Assembly: GCA_025839675.1 (NCBI GenBank)
Contig: CP104013.1
Coordinates: 5,880,001 to 5,912,000, forward strand
Source: Candidatus Lokiarchaeum ossiferum
GTDB taxonomy: Archaea > Asgardarchaeota > Lokiarchaeia > Sigyniarchaeales > Promethearchaeaceae
Length of the DNA: 32,000 bases
Direction of reading: 5' to 3'
Below the pieces are notes generated by a model. The model did no database searches. It worked only from the letters and a program-made list of their open reading frames with translations, and had not been told where the DNA came from. The first letter of the stretch is position 1. The number at the start of each line of letters is the position of its first letter. This document shows positions 8,024 to 16,411 of the stretch, one piece after another. The position numbers were made by a program, and so were the translations under genes.

Positions 8024-9073
8024 ATGACAATTTTAGAAGAAAGTACTGATCCTTGGTTCGATCCCTCTGCATTTTTAGCTTCAGGAGGAACTTGGGAGTT
8101 CCTTAACTTTTCAATTCAGAAATACGCGGTTTTCGCAATATTGCTTGGGATTGTATTAATTTTGCTATTTAATTTTGTATTAAAGTTTCAATTTAAAAAG
8201 TTAGTTGATCGGCGTAAACTTCCCCCGAATATATATAATGGTCTTAAATTTTTCATGAGAATTTTCTTTGGAACTTTAACGATTTGGTTAATACTTGGAA
8301 TTCTTCAAGTCAAAGTTGGTTTTGTGTGGATTATTATTGGGATCTTAACTTCAGCAATCACTTTTGCTTCAATGAAAACAATTAATAATTTTATTGCAGG
8401 AATATGGATTGCATTAAATCGCCCATATATTGTAGGGGATTACGTGAAAATTGGTAGTACGATTGGAATTGTTAAGAATATTTCTACTAATTACACTCAA
8501 TTAATCCACAACGATGCGACAGTTTCATATTTGCCAAATCTTGAATGCTTAACATCAACAATTTTGAATTATACTTGGTCCCTCTCGCTGATTCAGAGAC
8601 AAATAATTGATTTAGAGAAAAATTTGGAAAAAATTATACTAATTCCGGAGTCGAATGAGAAAGATATTGAAAAAAATACTAAAATTCAACTTGTTGGCCA
8701 AATTAAGGCAGATATTAAAGAGCAAAAGCTTATTGTAAAAGAAATAGAGATTTTTGAGGAAGAACTCGATAAAGCTCACAAAGATGGTGTGAAGGATAAA
8801 CACGACTTCTCAAATTATGCTCAGAAAGGAAAAATTGTAAATTACGTATTTACTCTAGAACTCCCAAAGGATTATAATGGAAATGCAGATAAATTGACTT
8901 CGGTGTGTTCCAAATGGGCCAAAGAATTTAATTTTCGACCTCAATGGGATCTAGTGGATATTAACTCCCATTTTGTATATCAATTCACCATCCTTACTCC
9001 CGATCCTTTAGATATTGTCTATTTTCTTGATGATTTTGTTACGGATGTCTATATGACAATTTATCATGTCTAA
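8024..9073 (+). CDS. MscS-family mechanosensitive ion channel (paralogue; K/E-rich insertion in the C-terminal domain)
   Basis: NNFIAGIWIALNRPYIVGDYVKIGSTIGIVKNISTNYTQLIHNDATVSYLPN matches the MS_channel core. The ATG follows the upstream TAA directly (8021-8023 / 8024). Carries a charged coiled-coil-like insert, LEKNLEKI...KEIEIFEEELDKAHKDG. Confidence 0.7.
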   Translation: MTILEESTDPWFDPSAFLASGGTWEFLNFSIQKYAVFAILLGIVLILLFNFVLKFQFKKLVDRRKLPPNIYNGLKFFMRIFFGTLTIWLILGILQVKVGFVWIIIGILTSAITFASMKTINNFIAGIWIALNRPYIVGDYVKIGSTIGIVKNISTNYTQLIHNDATVSYLPNLECLTSTILNYTWSLSLIQRQIIDLEKNLEKIILIPESNEKDIEKNTKIQLVGQIKADIKEQKLIVKEIEIFEEELDKAHKDGVKDKHDFSNYAQKGKIVNYVFTLELPKDYNGNADKLTSVCSKWAKEFNFRPQWDLVDINSHFVYQFTILTPDPLDIVYFLDDFVTDVYMTIYHV

Positions 9074-9160
9074 ACTAATTGGGATTCTAAATAGTAGGAT
9101 TCATTTTTTTGATTAATTTTTTGACAAATTTTGGTCTCTCTAGATTAATTAAATAATTAT

Positions 9161-9622
9161 TTGGTTTTTGAATTAGTGGTAAATCTGTCAGAAATACTAT
9201 TTTGGGGCAATATTTTATCGGACCTCCTGAATTATATTATAGGTTTTCTGGTTTCATTGATCTTTGGCATACTATCTGTTGGAATTGGTATTAGTATTGT
9301 AAGTATTGCAAAAAATGCAGATGTTGCCAATGGAATCTCTCTCTTGTACGGGATGCCTGTTATATTTGCTTCTGGTGCTTTGGTTCCATTTGAAAGTTCA
9401 ATTGTCTACTTCATGTCTCCATATTGGGCAAAGCAAATATATCTTCAATTTACTGTCATGGGTCATGGATTGAGTGATTATTTATATTCGAGCTCCTTAA
9501 TCGGATATACTGCCGCTGAGACCAACATCCCAATATTGGCTGGGATTTTAATTTTATTCGCAATGACGGCATTTTTCATAGCACTAGGGATCAAGTTATT
9601 CCAGAAAAAGACCCAATTATAA
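9161..9622 (+). CDS. Small 4-TM membrane protein resembling the C-terminal half of an ABC-2 type permease (possible gene remnant)
   Basis: TTG start. NADVANGISLLYGMPVIFASGALVPFESSIVYFMSPYW resembles the conserved loop/TM region of ABC2_membrane permeases. There is no N-terminal half and no cognate ATPase immediately upstream. Confidence 0.35.
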   Translation: MVFELVVNLSEILFWGNILSDLLNYIIGFLVSLIFGILSVGIGISIVSIAKNADVANGISLLYGMPVIFASGALVPFESSIVYFMSPYWAKQIYLQFTVMGHGLSDYLYSSSLIGYTAAETNIPILAGILILFAMTAFFIALGIKLFQKKTQL

Positions 9623-9653
9623 TTTTTATTCTATATTTTTCATTTTTTTTTTT
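9623..9653 (+). terminator. Oligo-T tract cluster (archaeal-type termination signal candidate)
   Basis: T5 (9623-9627), T5 (9636-9640) and T11 (9643-9653) lie directly after the stop at 9620-9622. Archaeal RNA polymerase terminates at oligo-T runs. Confidence 0.4.
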
Positions 9654-9809
9654 AACCATTTTTAAAAAATATATTTGATCAAATTAAAATCTCAATTAAA
9701 ATTAATAGCGATATCATATTTGTCAATATGGCATTTTATTTTTGTATAATCTACAAATAATTCATCAATTCGATGGTAAAATTATATACTCTATGGAAAT
9801 CGATATTGC

Positions 9810-9823
9810 GTTTTTGCAAAAAC
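9810..9823. promoter_or_regulatory. Perfect 14-bp palindrome gtttttgcaaaaac in the spacer upstream of the NosD-like operon
   Basis: Read directly; the sequence is its own reverse complement. It sits next to TATA-like tttatata (9825-9832). It could be an operator for the ArsR-type regulator at the operon end, but that is untested. Confidence 0.2.
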
Positions 9824-10011
9824 ATTTATATACATGTCTTAACTTAATATAATTAACATATAATTTCCTAAAATTAATTAAAGCAAAAATAACAATTCTT
9901 TCACAATTCTTCAATATCTCTTATATATCCTCACCTATAGTGGAATTTAGGTCTGAATGTTATTCAAACTTCAAATTAAAGGAAGGAAAATATAACATTT
10001 TGGGAACACTA

Positions 10012-11190
10012 ATGAAACAAAAACACAATTACATTGCCATTTTTAGTATCTTACTGACAATATTTTTCTCATTTAGTCTTTTAGATATTAAAAATACTGA
10101 AGTAACTAGCCTTAGATCTGGAGAACTTAATGAAGCGACAATATTCTCTTCTTCAACGCAATTATCGACTCCTTTAATAATTGATGGATCTGCGACAGGA
10201 TTGAATGCGAATAATTGGACGAAAGCAATTCAAGATGGTTGGGTGACCGGACAAGGGACATCAACTGATCCGTACTTAATTGATGCTATTGAGGTGGACA
10301 CAGCTAATCTTGGAAATGCCCTCACAATTCAAAACTCAAAAAATGTTTATTTTGTGATTAATAATTCTGAGTTTAATGCAGGGGATGATTATTCTGCTTT
10401 AGAATTAGTAAACACTGCAAATGGAACAATTACAGGTTCAAGCTTTGCGGGAAGTAAACATGGGATCTTCTTAAATGGAGGTACCATGCAAAATACCATT
10501 TCACAAAATAAAATCAGAGAGAATGATTATGGTATTAAATTTGGTTTTATGTCAATGGCCAATATGATCATGAGTAATGGAATTTCCGATAATGATATAT
10601 TTGGGGCATTTTCAGAGCCTTCGGCTTCAAATAATATGATTTCGATGAATTATTTCTTACGAAATCCGATTCATGCAAAAGATAATAGTTCAATAGGAAA
10701 TATGTGGAATTTGACCATGATGGGTAATTTCTGGGACGATTATAATGGGGAAGACAAAGATACAAATTCCATTGGAGATGATCCTTATGCAATTACAGGA
10801 GAAATCAAAGATTTTCTTCCCATATTTAATCATGATCCGATGATAATGCCAATTATGAACCACTCATATATTTTTGAATCAACCGAAAATATCGTGAATT
10901 GGACTGTATTTGATATGATTTCATTCGACGCTTTTTATGAAGTATATCAAAATGGAGAGTTAATCCTTTCTGGAGATGATTGGACACCTGAAGAAATTGT
11001 AATAAATATTGATGGGTTAGAAGTAGGTTCCTACAATTTTACATTGATTGTTTTTGACGGTTTAGGCGGCATTAATTCGAATCAAATAGATGTCTCTGTA
11101 GTCAATAATAATAATATGCTATACGTTTTTATCGGAATTTTAGTGGTATTTGTAGGCATTCTTCTTTTTATCAAAATTAGGAAAGGTTAA
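10012..11190 (+). CDS. NosD-like right-handed beta-helix (CASH/PbH1 repeat) surface protein with Ig-like domain and C-terminal TM anchor
   Basis: Signal-like MKQKHNYIAIFSILLTIFFSFSLL. Beta-helix repeats run through NALTIQNSKNVYFVINNSEF...GSKHGIFLNGGTMQNTISQNKIRENDYGIKF...NMISMNYF. The NosD-type motif GNFWDDYNGEDKDTNSIGDDPYAI is present. C-terminal anchor is MLYVFIGILVVFVGILLFIKIRKG. The track start (GTG 9940) adds 24 non-signal residues, so the ATG at 10012 (or TTG at 10000) is more plausible. Confidence 0.7.
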   Translation: MKQKHNYIAIFSILLTIFFSFSLLDIKNTEVTSLRSGELNEATIFSSSTQLSTPLIIDGSATGLNANNWTKAIQDGWVTGQGTSTDPYLIDAIEVDTANLGNALTIQNSKNVYFVINNSEFNAGDDYSALELVNTANGTITGSSFAGSKHGIFLNGGTMQNTISQNKIRENDYGIKFGFMSMANMIMSNGISDNDIFGAFSEPSASNNMISMNYFLRNPIHAKDNSSIGNMWNLTMMGNFWDDYNGEDKDTNSIGDDPYAITGEIKDFLPIFNHDPMIMPIMNHSYIFESTENIVNWTVFDMISFDAFYEVYQNGELILSGDDWTPEEIVINIDGLEVGSYNFTLIVFDGLGGINSNQIDVSVVNNNNMLYVFIGILVVFVGILLFIKIRKG

Positions 11191-11253
11191 TTAAAAAATG
11201 ACCAAAAAAATAACATTCAATTATAAAAAAAAAAAAAGCAACTTAGAAAACTG

Positions 11254-12339
11254 GTGAGAAAAATAGAACGAGAATACTTAGAAACGGATGTTGTAGCACG
11301 ATTTAAAAATGTATCTAAACGATTTGGGGATTTTACTGCAGTTTCAGATGTCAATTTTGAAATTTATCGCGGTGAAGTGCTCGGATTTCTTGGACCAAAT
11401 GGGGCAGGAAAATCGACTACAATGAAAATGATGGCTTTTCTACTGAAACCTACTGAAGGTGAGATTTTTATCAGAGGGAATGGGGAATTACAAAAGATGA
11501 CTAGAGATAATAAAGATCTCTTGTTGGATAATATCGGTTTTCTAATAGAAAATCCTGCATTTTATGGAAACATGACTCCACGGCAAGTATTAAAATATTT
11601 CGCTGAATTGAAGGGTTATCCACAGAATTTAATTAAACAAAGAGTGGAAGAAGTTGTAGCCATGGTAAAACTAACAAAATGGATTGATAAGAAAATTAAG
11701 ACTTTTTCCAAAGGAATGCGTCAAAAGATAGGAATTGTATCTGCTATTGTCCATGATCCAGAAATCATTGTATTAGATGAACCTCATACTGGGTTAGATC
11801 CAAAAGCAAGAAGCGAAGTTCGTGAGTTTATTGTGAACTTAAAAAAGAAAGGAAAGACCGTATTCTTAAGCAGCCATTTACTATATGAAGTGTCTGAAGT
11901 GGCTGATCGAGTAGCTATGATAAACAAAGGAAAGCTAATTGCTTGTGATACCCTTGAGAATTTGGAATCAAAAGCAAAACGGAGTATTATTCAAGTGGAA
12001 TTATTCCAACAAGATAAACAAGAACCATCGCAAGTCATTGAGACTATTTCCCAAATAATTTCCCCCCTAATTACAGAAAAACAATCTGAAAAGTGCATTA
12101 CTTATAATGCAGATACAGAATTTTATGAAATTTTATTTGATGGGTCTCAATTCACCCAAAAGGAAATTCTTAAAAAACTTATCATTAATGATGTTGAAAT
12201 AACTGATTTTTCCGTTCCAAATGCAGGTCTTTTAGAAGATTTATACCTGAGTCTGGTTTCAGATCTTGATAAATCTCAACCCGAACCACAAAATCAAAGA
12301 ATGAAAAATTCTAAGAATATTACCGAAGTAGGAGCATAG
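11254..12339 (+). CDS. ABC transporter ATP-binding protein (NosF / ABC-2 subfamily-like) with ~120-aa C-terminal extension
   Basis: Walker A GPNGAGKST, Q-loop, signature FSKGMRQKIG, Walker B IIVLDEP and the H-loop SSHLL. GTG start. Confidence 0.85.
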   Translation: MRKIEREYLETDVVARFKNVSKRFGDFTAVSDVNFEIYRGEVLGFLGPNGAGKSTTMKMMAFLLKPTEGEIFIRGNGELQKMTRDNKDLLLDNIGFLIENPAFYGNMTPRQVLKYFAELKGYPQNLIKQRVEEVVAMVKLTKWIDKKIKTFSKGMRQKIGIVSAIVHDPEIIVLDEPHTGLDPKARSEVREFIVNLKKKGKTVFLSSHLLYEVSEVADRVAMINKGKLIACDTLENLESKAKRSIIQVELFQQDKQEPSQVIETISQIISPLITEKQSEKCITYNADTEFYEILFDGSQFTQKEILKKLIINDVEITDFSVPNAGLLEDLYLSLVSDLDKSQPEPQNQRMKNSKNITEVGA

Positions 12340-13251
12340 GTGAGATTAATGACAAGTGAAATGGCTGAAATTGCAAAAAACAATAAAAACATGGCTTTTA
12401 CTATCGAAAAAACTAAATCAGGTGCTAAGCGCAGTGTAATTCAGATTCAGAAAACGATCGAATTTGAATTCCAGAAAAATTTGTCAAAATTTATTTCAAT
12501 GCTATTAACAACAATTGGAATATTCTTACTTTTCTTAGTTATCGAACTGATTCAAAGTGCTCAAGGTTCCGAAGTTCCCGCAGATCCTACTGATTATTTC
12601 TCTGGGTATTTAATGATGATAGATTTCTTGATTCTAATCATAGCTGTCGCATTTGGAGGAGGGATTATTGCGGAGGATTTTGAAAAAGATACTGGAAATT
12701 TACTCTTTCCTAAAATTCAGAAGGATCGTTTATTAATTGGCCGTATTATCGCACGATACATCTATGCAGCAATGTGTGTTATCTTCTATTATGTTCTAAT
12801 TGGTATAGCAACTTTGATCATTTACGAAAGTTTACCTTTAATAGTATGGGAATCAATGGGTTGGGCACTTTTATATACATTTGCTGTTTTTAGTTTCATG
12901 ATTCTTTTTAGTAGCTTTATGAAAAGAGCTGCATCAGCAATGATTGTAGGGATGTTGATAATCTTAATGGTATTTCAATTACTAACCATAATTCTCATGT
13001 ATACTGGAGTGACAATTGAACCATTGTTTATGCTAACTTATTATGCGAACATTATTACCAGCTGGTTTAATATGCCATCAGAAAGATTCACAGAAGTTGG
13101 TTTGGGGATGGGTCCTGGAGGTGTGAGAGATGGACCAACATTTATGTCTTGGGCCACTCCCAGCGCAACTGGTGCCATACTTGGAATGACCATATATTCC
13201 ATTGCATGTATTGCTCTTGCTTACTTTATTTACAAGCGGAGACAGAATTAA
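12340..13251 (+). CDS. ABC-2 family permease, NosY-like
   Basis: Six predicted TM helices with GGGIIAEDFEKDTGNLLFPKIQKDRLLIGRIIARYIY after the large first loop. This is the IAxExExGT...P..R...(I/L)GK pattern of ABC2_membrane_2/NosY permeases. The start abuts the ATPase stop. Confidence 0.7.
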   Translation: MRLMTSEMAEIAKNNKNMAFTIEKTKSGAKRSVIQIQKTIEFEFQKNLSKFISMLLTTIGIFLLFLVIELIQSAQGSEVPADPTDYFSGYLMMIDFLILIIAVAFGGGIIAEDFEKDTGNLLFPKIQKDRLLIGRIIARYIYAAMCVIFYYVLIGIATLIIYESLPLIVWESMGWALLYTFAVFSFMILFSSFMKRAASAMIVGMLIILMVFQLLTIILMYTGVTIEPLFMLTYYANIITSWFNMPSERFTEVGLGMGPGGVRDGPTFMSWATPSATGAILGMTIYSIACIALAYFIYKRRQN

Positions 13252-13344
13252 TTGAAGCATTTCTATATTTATTAATTATTTTTTTTTTGATAATCATTAT
13301 CTCAAAGATAATCTTAAGAAAGGATATATGATTATAACAAAAGT

Positions 13345-14196
13345 ATGGGTGAAAGTAAAACAACCATGACATTTTCTGAAACTAAAAAGGATTTTCGCAA
13401 TTCATGGGCTTTATTGAAAGAAAATTATAAAGCATTTTTGAGCACGGAAATTTTTGCAGGGATTGCATTTTTCATAACTATTATTCTTACCTCCTTTATC
13501 GTAGGATTTATTATTGTTTCTTTCACTTCGACTACTTTACGTGAGGTTATTACTGGGGTTTCAAGTAGTTTTATTATTTCTCATATTGTACGCAGTGGAA
13601 TTATGCTAGTTTGCATGTGGATCTTTTTTGGATTCTTAAATTGTCAATTTGGATTAGCTCATGAGATTATGTCATCCGGGGAGATGTATGCTGAATTCAA
13701 AAGTTCCTTTGGCTATTTTAAGAAGAATTGGTGGCAATATCCTATTCTTAATTTCACAATAATGGCGATTGGGGGGATGCTTCCTATGAGTTTTCGGTTA
13801 GAGATTTATCAAAATATTGAGAGTAGTTTCTTCACTTTTCTATACTTATTCGTCCAATGTATGGTCTTTTTCTTGTGGTTCATTACATTTATTTCTACTT
13901 TACCAAGTATTACATTTCAATGTAATTTCAGACATGCGTTTATCGAGAGTTTCCGGATTATTAAAAATAATTTTAGACGATTGGTGAGCACATGGGGTGT
14001 TTTCTTTACAATTTTCATCTTACCTGGTCTTTTGGTCACAATTTTGACTAGTGTTTATTTCACTTGGTGGATTTTAACACTCAATATCATCTATATCCTT
14101 TGGTTATCATTAATTGGATTTCCATTAATGTCACTGCTTGCTACTGGATTATATAAAAATGTCAAGCTTGAACGGTTTAAACCTTTGATTGAATGA
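13345..14196 (+). CDS. Polytopic membrane protein of unknown function
   Basis: 283-aa ORF with about 6-7 hydrophobic segments and no motif I recognise. Its stop overlaps the next gene's start (ATGA at 14193-14196), suggesting translational coupling. Confidence 0.55.
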   Translation: MGESKTTMTFSETKKDFRNSWALLKENYKAFLSTEIFAGIAFFITIILTSFIVGFIIVSFTSTTLREVITGVSSSFIISHIVRSGIMLVCMWIFFGFLNCQFGLAHEIMSSGEMYAEFKSSFGYFKKNWWQYPILNFTIMAIGGMLPMSFRLEIYQNIESSFFTFLYLFVQCMVFFLWFITFISTLPSITFQCNFRHAFIESFRIIKNNFRRLVSTWGVFFTIFILPGLLVTILTSVYFTWWILTLNIIYILWLSLIGFPLMSLLATGLYKNVKLERFKPLIE

Positions 14197-14534
14197 AAGG
14201 CAGTGTATCTATGTCAAAAAATACAACATCATCTGAAACAAATATGGAAATCCATGAAGAGCGGATCATTACTGATCCTACTTTAGTGTTAACTTTACTT
14301 CATGAAAAAAAAAGGATGATTGTAAATTTATTACTAAAAAATGCAATGACCATACAAGAACTAAAAAATGCAACCAAAATGAATCCCGGAACGATAAAGC
14401 GGCATCTTGATGATTTGATGAAAAATGATCTAATTTTCATTGCTGAGGAGCGGTTAAATGATTATAATATTAAGATGAAATTTTATCAAGCCACAGCTCG
14501 GCGATTTATAATCAATTTTACGCTCCCAGAATAA
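14193..14534 (+). CDS. ArsR-type winged helix-turn-helix transcriptional regulator
   Basis: LLHEKKRMIVNLLLKNAMTIQELKNATKMNPGTIKRHLDDLMKNDLI is the ArsR/SmtB-like HTH (recognition helix GTIKRHL). It is the last gene of the + strand array. Confidence 0.6.
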   Translation: MKGSVSMSKNTTSSETNMEIHEERIITDPTLVLTLLHEKKRMIVNLLLKNAMTIQELKNATKMNPGTIKRHLDDLMKNDLIFIAEERLNDYNIKMKFYQATARRFIINFTLPE

Positions 14535-14545
14535 AAAAAGGTGGA

Positions 14546-15400
14546 TTAAACTATTTTTTTTGCTTTTTTGATTGCTTGACGGTATTCATTATCAGAAAGT
14601 GTGCGAAAAATTTTTGGGATGAGTCTGTATAAGAAATTATACAGCTTTGCTTCTCCTGGAAGAATTTGAAATTTGTTTTTCACTATTCCAACAATTAAGT
14701 TTTCTGCTACTTTAGCTGCTGAAAGTAATTTTGCGTTTTCTGACAAAATTAAGCATTCTTTTGGCTTAATTTCATTCTCTTTTTCAAATCCAGGTGTTTC
14801 AGTATCTGGGGGGTAAAGAATAGACACATTGATATTATAGGGTTTGAGTTCATGTCTAAGAACTTCACTTAATCCGACAATAGCAAACTTCGTGGGGCTA
14901 TATGTGGCATAACCCATGATTCCGAAATAACCCATCATTGAAGAAGTGCTAATTATATGTCCTTTTTTTAATTTCATAAAATAAGGCAACAAAATTAATA
15001 TAGGGACCAATACGCCTTCATAATTAATGTGCATATTTTGTTGAAAATCTAAAAGAGTGAGGTCTTGGATATATTTGGGGTAAGCGTATCCAACGGTATT
15101 GATAAGGTAGTCTGGAACCCCATGTTCGCTAATAAATTGGTTTATAAGTGGTTCTAATTTGTCTTTATCCGTTGTGTCACATGCTATTGATGTAATGAAT
15201 TGATCTTTGGTCTTTTTTAGAGAGTGACATTCTTGGATCGTTTTGCTTAATTCTTCTTGATTTCGTGCGATTAAACATGTACTTGCTCCCATTTGGACAA
15301 GAAATTTTGCTGTTTCTTTACCAATTCCTTTTGATCCTCCACAAATTATTGCTAATTTCCCTTGAAATTGTTGACGTTCTATTAACTTTGTAAGTTTCAT
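14546..15400 (-). CDS. Short-chain dehydrogenase/reductase, 3-ketodihydrosphingosine reductase (KDSR/FVT1)-like
   Basis: Classical SDR motifs: GGSKGIGKETA (TGxxxGIG), NxxG and YSPTKFAIVGL (YxxxK). The segment YSPTKFAIVGLSEVLRHELKPYNINVSILYPPDTETPGFEKENEIKPKE parallels human KDSR [49 protein letters not shown], which I quote from memory. Confidence 0.8.
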   Translation of the reverse strand: MKLTKLIERQQFQGKLAIICGGSKGIGKETAKFLVQMGASTCLIARNQEELSKTIQECHSLKKTKDQFITSIACDTTDKDKLEPLINQFISEHGVPDYLINTVGYAYPKYIQDLTLLDFQQNMHINYEGVLVPILILLPYFMKLKKGHIISTSSMMGYFGIMGYATYSPTKFAIVGLSEVLRHELKPYNINVSILYPPDTETPGFEKENEIKPKECLILSENAKLLSAAKVAENLIVGIVKNKFQILPGEAKLYNFLYRLIPKIFRTLSDNEYRQAIKKAKKIV

Positions 15401-15621
15401 CTAAATCATATCTCCAATTTTTGAACTATATGAAGGATTTAAATAAAGAATTTCTTTACAATCTTAGAATAATACTGATCATTTTGTATTCACTTAAGGA
15501 ATAATTGATGGAAAAAAAACCATTAAAAAAACGAATGGTGTTCAGTCAATTTAGCGGATTGTTGAGGGGTGACTAGTACTTTCAATAATCAGTCAGAAAA
15601 TTATGAAAAATTTTCTCCGGG

Positions 15622-15631
15622 TTTATAAAAA
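15622..15631 (+). promoter_or_regulatory. TATA-box-like element upstream of the 7-TM protein gene
   Basis: tttataaaaa lies about 25-40 nt upstream of the candidate starts (GTG 15649, ATG 15667), with gaagga 10 nt before the ATG. Pattern only. Confidence 0.3.
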
Positions 15632-15666
15632 TCCTTCTTATTAATATTGTGAAGGATGTGCTGTAT

Positions 15667-16398
15667 ATGGAAAAAAACTTGATTTTATTATTTGGATGCA
15701 CTGTTTTAAAAATTGTTGCATTATCTCTGCTTGGATATTTTCTTATTAATAAATGGAAGCGTCAATCAAAGAAATATTATACTGATTTTCCCTTTTTAAT
15801 GTCGATAACCTTTTTTGGCTATGCTCTGGCAAAAATTTATGATCTGTGTCTATATTATATATTTAGGGATACCCCTGATTTAGAATTATTAACTGAATTT
15901 GATCCTACATTGTTGATCATTGTAAAAATTCGATTTGTTTTATGTCCGGTGCTTGTAATTGCACCATATCTGGTTTTAATGATGATGATTTGGTTTCAAG
16001 ACCGAGTTCGAACTCAAAAAATAATTGGGGTCAGTTGGATTATTTTGAGTTTATTGAGCATCATAGTTGTTCAAAATTACTCCCAAATTTTAATAGTAAA
16101 CGCCCTAGTCGCTTTCCCAATTATTTTATTGTCGATTATTAGTTTCTTCGTACTCAATCATCAAAAAAAGTTACACGAAATTAATAGTTTAGTGCTAGCA
16201 ATTGCATGGAGTCTTTATGTGTGCACCCAATTGCTAAGGCCGCTTTGGATAACTCTTGGTTCGGGAACTTGGGGCTTAACATGGGTTGGTGAATTAGTTG
16301 AGTTGTTGACTCTGGTTATGATTGGAATTGGGTTCATCATTCCTGCAAATTATAGGAAGATTCAAGGAACAAATTTAATGAAGACTGCTGTTTATTGA
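15667..16398 (+). CDS. Seven-TM integral membrane protein of unknown function
   Basis: Seven hydrophobic helices by eye, from LILLFGCTVLKIVALSLLGYFLI to WVGELVELLTLVMIGIGFIIP. I recognise no family motif. The ATG at 15667 is preferred over the GTG at 15649. Confidence 0.55.
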   Translation: MEKNLILLFGCTVLKIVALSLLGYFLINKWKRQSKKYYTDFPFLMSITFFGYALAKIYDLCLYYIFRDTPDLELLTEFDPTLLIIVKIRFVLCPVLVIAPYLVLMMMIWFQDRVRTQKIIGVSWIILSLLSIIVVQNYSQILIVNALVAFPIILLSIISFFVLNHQKKLHEINSLVLAIAWSLYVCTQLLRPLWITLGSGTWGLTWVGELVELLTLVMIGIGFIIPANYRKIQGTNLMKTAVY

Positions 16399-16411
16399 AA
16401 GGAAAAAATGG

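Noticed and set aside
9940-10011. N-terminal extensions from non-ATG first starts in the track (GTG 9940; also TTG 4450, GTG 15649, GTG 30353)
   Set aside because: In each case a downstream ATG gives a proper signal peptide or conserved N-terminus (10012, 15667, 30314). At 4420 the ATG has a GGAGG-like site at the right distance. The extensions add non-conserved residues.
15508-15576. 22-codon ORF (MEKKPLKKRMVFSQFSGLLRGD) in the SDR/7-TM divergent spacer
   Set aside because: It is too short to support from sequence alone, and I have no homology evidence for it. It may simply be promoter or UTR sequence.
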